From: Monocercomonoides exilis PA203
Lineage: Eukaryota; Protista; Preaxostyla
Assembly: GCA_001643675.2 (NCBI GenBank)
Contig: LSRY02000004.1
Span: 1,736,001-1,800,000 of the forward strand
Direction of reading: 5' to 3'
Length of the DNA stretch: 64,000 nt
The translations under genes were made by a program, and so were the position numbers. Position 1 is the first letter of the stretch; every line of letters begins with the position of its first letter. The notes below the pieces were generated by a model. That model searched no databases, was not told the DNA's origin, and saw only the letters and a program-made list of their open reading frames with translations. Below, piece after piece: positions 52,327 to 64,000 of the stretch.

Positions 52327-54360
52327 ATGGCTGAATTTAAATTTACTTTTCCTGCATCGTTTATCAATTGCGAAATGCCAAATAGCAATACTGATGAAAA
52401 TTGTCCACTCAAATCATATATTTTGAGAAGTGATATTTATTTAACGGAGAAGCCATCGTTCGTGACCGAATCATCATCCCTTCCATTTGTTCTTCATAAC
52501 AATGATAAAAATATTCAAAATTTAAAGGAAAATATGCAGAAAAAAACGAAGGCATTCACAAACGAAAGTACAACAAATGTTTTAGGTGATACATCCGATT
52601 ATTCTCATTTTTCTTGCTCAACCGGAAAAAACTGGTTTCGCTTTCCTGATAAACTTTTATTGAATGAAAGCCACAGAAGAACATCAAGCTTACCTACTGC
52701 GGATTCATTCGGCTCTATCTATTGCAATGAAACGGGATCATCAATGGACATTATTCGAGATGAGAAAACAAAGATTAATTATGAGTGTTTGCTAAAGAGA
52801 TCTGAAACAGAATATTTCGACAGTTATCCAACTACTGAAGACTTTAAATTCGAAATGAAATATAAAAAGGAAAAATTATCAAGTCCCGATGAAAAAAATG
52901 AGAAAATTTGCGAGAGGATTACATGCAATCCAAGCGGCATTGCGATCGATTCGGTACTTAAGTCCAATTTTGCTGAAAATAAATTTGTTAATAATATCAA
53001 AACTTGTCCTTCAAATCAACATTCTCATGAAGACTCAGTGGATATTGATTCATCCGACTTTCTTATCAGAAAAAGGTGTTTTATTGATCAATTAGATGAA
53101 GGAACAAGAATGGATGGAAAAAGATACGAAACAGCGCAAAATGAGAGTTATGACTCATGCTCAGAATTCTGCAATGATTTGCATTTGACAGAATATTTGA
53201 GATTTAGGATTCCTTCGTCAAGTAGACAAGAAATAATCTGGTTCAGAGCAAACTTACTTCGAAAGTTGCCACCACTTCCAACATTGCTAGAAAAAAAGAT
53301 ATCAGCAAGGAGTGAAGAAGGCAATGAAAGCGATGCTTACAGTTTCTGTGAAAATGAAGGCAGAACCCAAAAAATAAGGTCTAAAGATTTAAGAACGTAT
53401 TTGAAATACGCAGGCTCACTTGGTTTGAGCGATGAGATACAGACAGCTGTGAGACTTGAGCTTCGAGAGAGAGAAGCAGAAAATAGAAAGCAAAGGGAGC
53501 ATTTGCTTTTGGAGGATTTCAATTTCAAAAAGAAAGTGCGCAATTATTCACAAACATATATGCATTCGCTTTTAAATGCCCAACAGAATGAAGCTTTTCA
53601 AACACATCCGAAAGAAATGACTCAAGAATTGTGCTTCAATGAACATATTTCTGAAAAACGAAATGCAGATTCCTTTGATTCAGAGTTGAATGAGGCAGAG
53701 AATAACATTAATCTCTATTCTTCATCTTGCTTGAATACTGATACATTTCTGTACAAAACAGAAGAAACGACCCCATTTCCGTTCAGTTCTATGCCTCGTT
53801 CTTTGAATATGAACTCAGACAAATTTGAAGAAAGTTCAACGAACAACAATTTACGTAACTTATGTTTTTCTGTTTCGCAAAAAAGAGTTGTTTCTCCATT
53901 TGATGATTGCTTGAAATATTCAACAACGTTAAATGATTGTGAACCGTTTCAACGCTTCTTAACTGATAATACCTGCCAAAGATTTAATTCAAACAAACAA
54001 ATGTTTAACAGTAAATTTGATTTCAATGATAATGAATCAAATTCTCCTGAGCCGGATCTCTCCAACAAATGCTTTATTTCATTATTTAACATCATTTCGC
54101 TGCTGCCCCATTCTTCTTTCAGAGCGTCGCTTCTGTCTCGCGAAAGGAAGAAAAAACAACAACAGTTCCGCAACACAATCAGTTTGAAGCGGAAACGCAT
54201 GTTTGGAAAGACTCCGATTCTTGTTCGCTTTTTGGCACCGTTTGATGAGATTGTGCATCTCAAGCAGTTCAAAAAAAGAAATCAGCATCCGATACGGTCT
54301 GTGCTGGTGAAGCCGATGGATGTGCCTTCTGAAGACGGAGAAGATTTCCAGACTGTCTGA
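52327..54360 (+). CDS. Hypothetical protein (~677 aa, Ser/Asn-rich, basic C-terminus)
   Basis: Long uninterrupted ORF in AT-rich DNA; first ATG at 52327; no domain recognised. Confidence 0.75.
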   Translation: MAEFKFTFPASFINCEMPNSNTDENCPLKSYILRSDIYLTEKPSFVTESSSLPFVLHNNDKNIQNLKENMQKKTKAFTNESTTNVLGDTSDYSHFSCSTGKNWFRFPDKLLLNESHRRTSSLPTADSFGSIYCNETGSSMDIIRDEKTKINYECLLKRSETEYFDSYPTTEDFKFEMKYKKEKLSSPDEKNEKICERITCNPSGIAIDSVLKSNFAENKFVNNIKTCPSNQHSHEDSVDIDSSDFLIRKRCFIDQLDEGTRMDGKRYETAQNESYDSCSEFCNDLHLTEYLRFRIPSSSRQEIIWFRANLLRKLPPLPTLLEKKISARSEEGNESDAYSFCENEGRTQKIRSKDLRTYLKYAGSLGLSDEIQTAVRLELREREAENRKQREHLLLEDFNFKKKVRNYSQTYMHSLLNAQQNEAFQTHPKEMTQELCFNEHISEKRNADSFDSELNEAENNINLYSSSCLNTDTFLYKTEETTPFPFSSMPRSLNMNSDKFEESSTNNNLRNLCFSVSQKRVVSPFDDCLKYSTTLNDCEPFQRFLTDNTCQRFNSNKQMFNSKFDFNDNESNSPEPDLSNKCFISLFNIISLLPHSSFRASLLSRERKKKQQQFRNTISLKRKRMFGKTPILVRFLAPFDEIVHLKQFKKRNQHPIRSVLVKPMDVPSEDGEDFQTV

Positions 54361-55043
54361 TGTGTGTTTTGCTTCGATAATTCTTGTCTTTTCCAATTCA
54401 CAAGCAATTATTTGCACATTTCTTGCTTATTCTTTTGCTAATGAAAACATTAATTATTTTATTTTATTTTATTTTATTAATAAGTTTTGTAGAATTAAAA
54501 TGTTTCTTAAGATTTTTTGCGCTTCACAAGAATCGCGAGGTATTGCATTAATGATGATGATTATTAATAATTAAAATAAAGGCAGTGACTTTTATTTACA
54601 GTTTTCTTTGCAATTCATAATTTGATGAAAATCAAAGCAAACGTCGAAGCAAATAAAATGGAAGTAACCCAAATAATTCATTCACGCTTGGCATCTTTTC
54701 TTGTGAAATGAAGCGAAATGATTTTCTTTGGAAGTGAACAGCGGTACACAAATTGCAGACAATTTAATATTGACGTTGAATATGTTAAACACATTGTTTT
54801 TTTTTTTTAAAAAAAGAAGCAGATAAATAAAAGACCACTAACATCACAGCAATTGCAAAGGCATTAAAAATTATAAAAATTAAAAATCATATATTTTTTT
54901 AAAAATAAATGCAAACTATAATAATAACTTTAAGAAGAAAGGAGAAAGGGGAAAGGGGAAATGAGAAGAAAGAAGAAAAAAAGAGAGAGGGTATGTATGG
55001 AATAAATAAATATTCTGAATATCACAATAAAACAATCTATCGC

Positions 55044-60911
<5,868 letters not shown>

Positions 60912-61106
60912 CTACACCTTGATATTGAGTAAAGTTAAATTTGAAGTGAATAATCTGATCCTTACCACTTTATGTATTCAAAATCACTATTATTTTGCTA
61001 TTTTCAAAAACACAACAGAACTTAAACGTTTATGTTAATTTCACATCAAATATTACAGTTTTAATCAATCAAAAATAAAATTATATATTTTGCAAAATTC
61101 ACAAAA

Positions 61107-61902
61107 ATGATTAACAGCCAACCGCAAGCAGAAACCTTTGATTACGTTTTGTTTTACGTTGTATCATTTGCGATTATTTTTATCATGGTATAATTTTTGT
61201 TTGATTGAGCGTTTATATTTCTGTCAGTTCGCTGTATTTCTTCTTTCAGCAACAAGAGAAATGTATTATTTCTGGACTGGTGCAATGAGAACAACGCTTG
61301 TCCCATCTCGTCAAACAACTATACGAAGTCTCACGTCTCTTCCAAAATGGATGAAGGCGAATATAGCAAATTCCCTTCTTCAAAGCACATTTACAAAAGA
61401 AGTAAGCAAGCCTCCGCCTTCAGAATATCTTCAACCAGGTTGGTATATTTCTGATAATAGCCCAATGTATATGCTTCAATCACGATCTGAGGGAAGGACG
61501 ACTGTTGTATCATACGAGCATAAGGGACAATATGGAATGAAAGCCGTTGGTCTGACTTATGGTCGTTATAAGACTTTATTTAAGGAAGCGCTGGATATGA
61601 TTGAAGCTCATGCAATTCAGCTTTTTGGTTATGTTTGCAGAAGGAAGCGAAGCGAATCACCTTCAGACTATTTTAAACGTATTTCTGAGCTGTTAAGCCT
61701 ATCAGAAGAAAGTTATTTCGAATTGTCTGCAATGATGGAAAGTGCATTTTTTGGAATTGCAGATTGCGATGCCAACGAGTGGAAGAGATGCCTAGCACTT
61801 TCTAAACGCTTTATGCAGTTACTGCACAGGAAAAAACAAGTGATGATTATTAAGAAAAGAGAGCAAGTGGGAAATCACACAGAGAAAACTGTATTTGGAT
61901 GA
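61107..61902 (+). CDS. Hypothetical protein, divergent from SRPK; start uncertain (ATG 61107 with a possible intron at 61146-61227, or ATG 61261)
   Basis: 254-codon open frame with coding-like composition. Confidence 0.65.
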
Positions 61903-62672
61903 GCTTCAAAAGTTGTAGTGTAAACATCCAAAATACCATTTCACTCATTTCAATTGTTGAATTTCACTTCATTTATTTCATATCATTGTTACAAATTATT
62001 ATATTTTGAGTGGACTTAATTGAATTCATTTTTTTCAAGTAAGATTTGTGTTTTTTCGGGGATTTTTTGTTAACTGTTTTTGTCGTTTTGTTATTTTATT
62101 TTTTTCAATTAAAATATTTGTTTCTTATGGTTTGTATCTCACAAATTTTTATTTAGCATTTTTAAAATGAGTTGATCTTATTGATTTTATTCATTCAATG
62201 GAATACAACATTTGAATTAAGATTGAAAAAGAAATTTCAATATTTTAAGAATTGTCATAAAAATTAAAACATGAAATGAATTTATTTTTTAAAAAGAAAA
62301 GCTATGCAACCGAAAATAAAATATTAAAAACGATATGCTGATATGATTACAGCTTCATTTACAATATTTCTTCTTTCTGAACAAATCAAACATCTACAAA
62401 ACTTAAAATATCGACTAAAAAAACGAAAAAGATTCATTAAACAAAAGAATAAAATATTTTTTATAATTAAAAAATTGAAATTTGCAGACGGTTAGAGGTT
62501 CCGAATTCTTCAATCAAATTAAAATCTCACATAAACAGCCTCCACAATAGATACACAGCAAAATAAAAAAAAAAAAAAAACTAAACATACAAATTGACAA
62601 TAAAAAAATAAGAAAGGAGATTCTTATTCTTGCTTTTTTCATTCTGATGTTCAAGAAATTTTAATGGTGCCA

Positions 62673-64000
62673 TTAAGATTGCAGAGTTCTATTCATTTTC
62701 AATACTTGCCTCTGCAAAGTCAAAGCTTCCATAAATATATTTTCAAACAATTCTCCTTCAACAGGTGACTTTTGTATTCTGGTTCTTTTACCACTTGATT
62801 TTTGTTTATTAATACTCATTTTATTACCCTCTCTATCTTCATCCCCACTCTTCTCTTTCATTTCATCTTCCTCTTCATGTTCGCCACTATATTTGCTTTT
62901 CTCATCATCCTCGTCTTCATCATAACCTGTTGAGCTTCGGTGTGTTCCTTCTCCATCAAGCACTGTAGCCCTATGTATTGGATAAAATGTATTGTCGCCT
63001 TTCAGATATTTTCCGATCAGCCACAATTCATCTCCTCCAACAAGATTTATCCTTTCTCTAACAGTATCCACTTCGCTCTTTAGCCCTTGCCTTATGCACT
63101 CATTCATCTTTTCCTTAGTTGCAATAATTGATTTTTTAAGTTCTGCCACATATGGATATTTCTCTTTTATTCCACTTTCATCATCATCCTCGTTACCGTC
63201 ACCACTTGATCCTATTAAAGAAGATACATCAAAACCTTTTTCTCTTTGTTGTTCTATGTATTCGTTCAACTGAAACTGGTACTGCTGTATTTCATTCATA
63301 AATTTCTCTTTCTGTGCTTTAAGCAGCTTTGCCTTTGTCTTTCTTTTTCTCTTCTCTTCTCTTCTCTTTCCAAATATTGTCTCGTTAACATAAATATATG
63401 CTGCAAAATAGCGCCACGGATTGTGATCTTCATCTCTGTGTTTGGAAAATTCATATCCACGTGACATAAACGGATTGGATGGCATTCCACATGCAAAGCA
63501 CTTTTCTGTTCTTTCTTGTACAGCTTTATCTCGCTCATCCGAAAGCTCATCAAAAGTATCCACAATAATACCGGAAATGATCCCAAGAAGAATTACTGAT
63601 AATATCATAAAGTACAACATCATGTACACAAAGTCTGCAAACTGTGATCCCGCATGATCATTTGTCCCATCCCAGCCTGCAAAGAGAAATCGTTCTTGCA
63701 TCCATTTTCCACCTGTCATCATCCCCGCAACCATCACAAGGAAGCAGCGAAACACATCGTCACAGACGATTCCTGCATCTGGATCATCGCTGTATTGAAG
63801 CAATGAAGAACGAAAGAAGCGCAGCCCAATAATTCCGAAGAGATAACAAACGACGACCAACAGTAGACCAGTAAATATCAGTTCGGCTGCATTGTGAGAG
63901 ATTGAATGGAAAATCATGTGGACTATTCGCGATTGGTCCAGGATATCTAAAAGAGGAACGAGGAAAAATGCAGGAGAAACTGCAAGTCCCAACACGGGTG
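62673..64000 (-). CDS. C-terminal part of an inositol-1,4,5-trisphosphate/ryanodine receptor-like Ca2+-release channel (5' part outside the window)
   Basis: TM5, luminal CDDVFRCF, TM6 ILLGIISGIIVDTFDEL, KCFACG and H...HNPWRY match the IP3R/RyR GxIIDxFxxLR, CFICG and HNxWxY motifs. Confidence 0.88.
   Translation of the reverse strand, partial: PVLGLAVSPAFFLVPLLDILDQSRIVHMIFHSISHNAAELIFTGLLLVVVCYLFGIIGLRFFRSSLLQYSDDPDAGIVCDDVFRCFLVMVAGMMTGGKWMQERFLFAGWDGTNDHAGSQFADFVYMMLYFMILSVILLGIISGIIVDTFDELSDERDKAVQERTEKCFACGMPSNPFMSRGYEFSKHRDEDHNPWRYFAAYIYVNETIFGKRREEKRKRKTKAKLLKAQKEKFMNEIQQYQFQLNEYIEQQREKGFDVSSLIGSSGDGNEDDDESGIKEKYPYVAELKKSIIATKEKMNECIRQGLKSEVDTVRERINLVGGDELWLIGKYLKGDNTFYPIHRATVLDGEGTHRSSTGYDEDEDDEKSKYSGEHEEEDEMKEKSGDEDREGNKMSINKQKSSGKRTRIQKSPVEGELFENIFMEALTLQRQVLKMNRTLQS

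Overview
AT-rich eukaryotic (protist) genomic DNA with GT-AG introns and the standard code. The gene families and composition suggest an oxymonad such as Monocercomonoides (inference). The left ~17 kb is mostly decayed gene fragments, with an 880-bp hairpin at 8596-9475. The centre is a ~34-kb palindrome: two ~13.2-kb near-identical inverted arms (17230-30420 and 38111-51302) around a 7.7-kb spacer. Each arm carries an outward-pointing giant (~2750 aa) type-I membrane gene (Cys/Gly-rich beta-helix-like ectodomain, one TM helix, degenerate kinase-like C-lobe) and a decayed Merlin/IS1595-family transposon with TIRs and an 8-bp TSD. The inner breakpoint lies in a GAA/GAG microsatellite and the outer breakpoint lies inside a small MITE-like repeat. 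The two gene copies differ mainly in one ~195-bp in-frame patch (16 aa), suggesting segmental gene conversion from a third paralogue. Right of the palindrome are intact genes: a hypothetical protein, a very long 4-exon SRPK, a small hypothetical gene and the C-terminus of an IP3R/RyR-like channel with an atypical filter. All alignments were made by eye.
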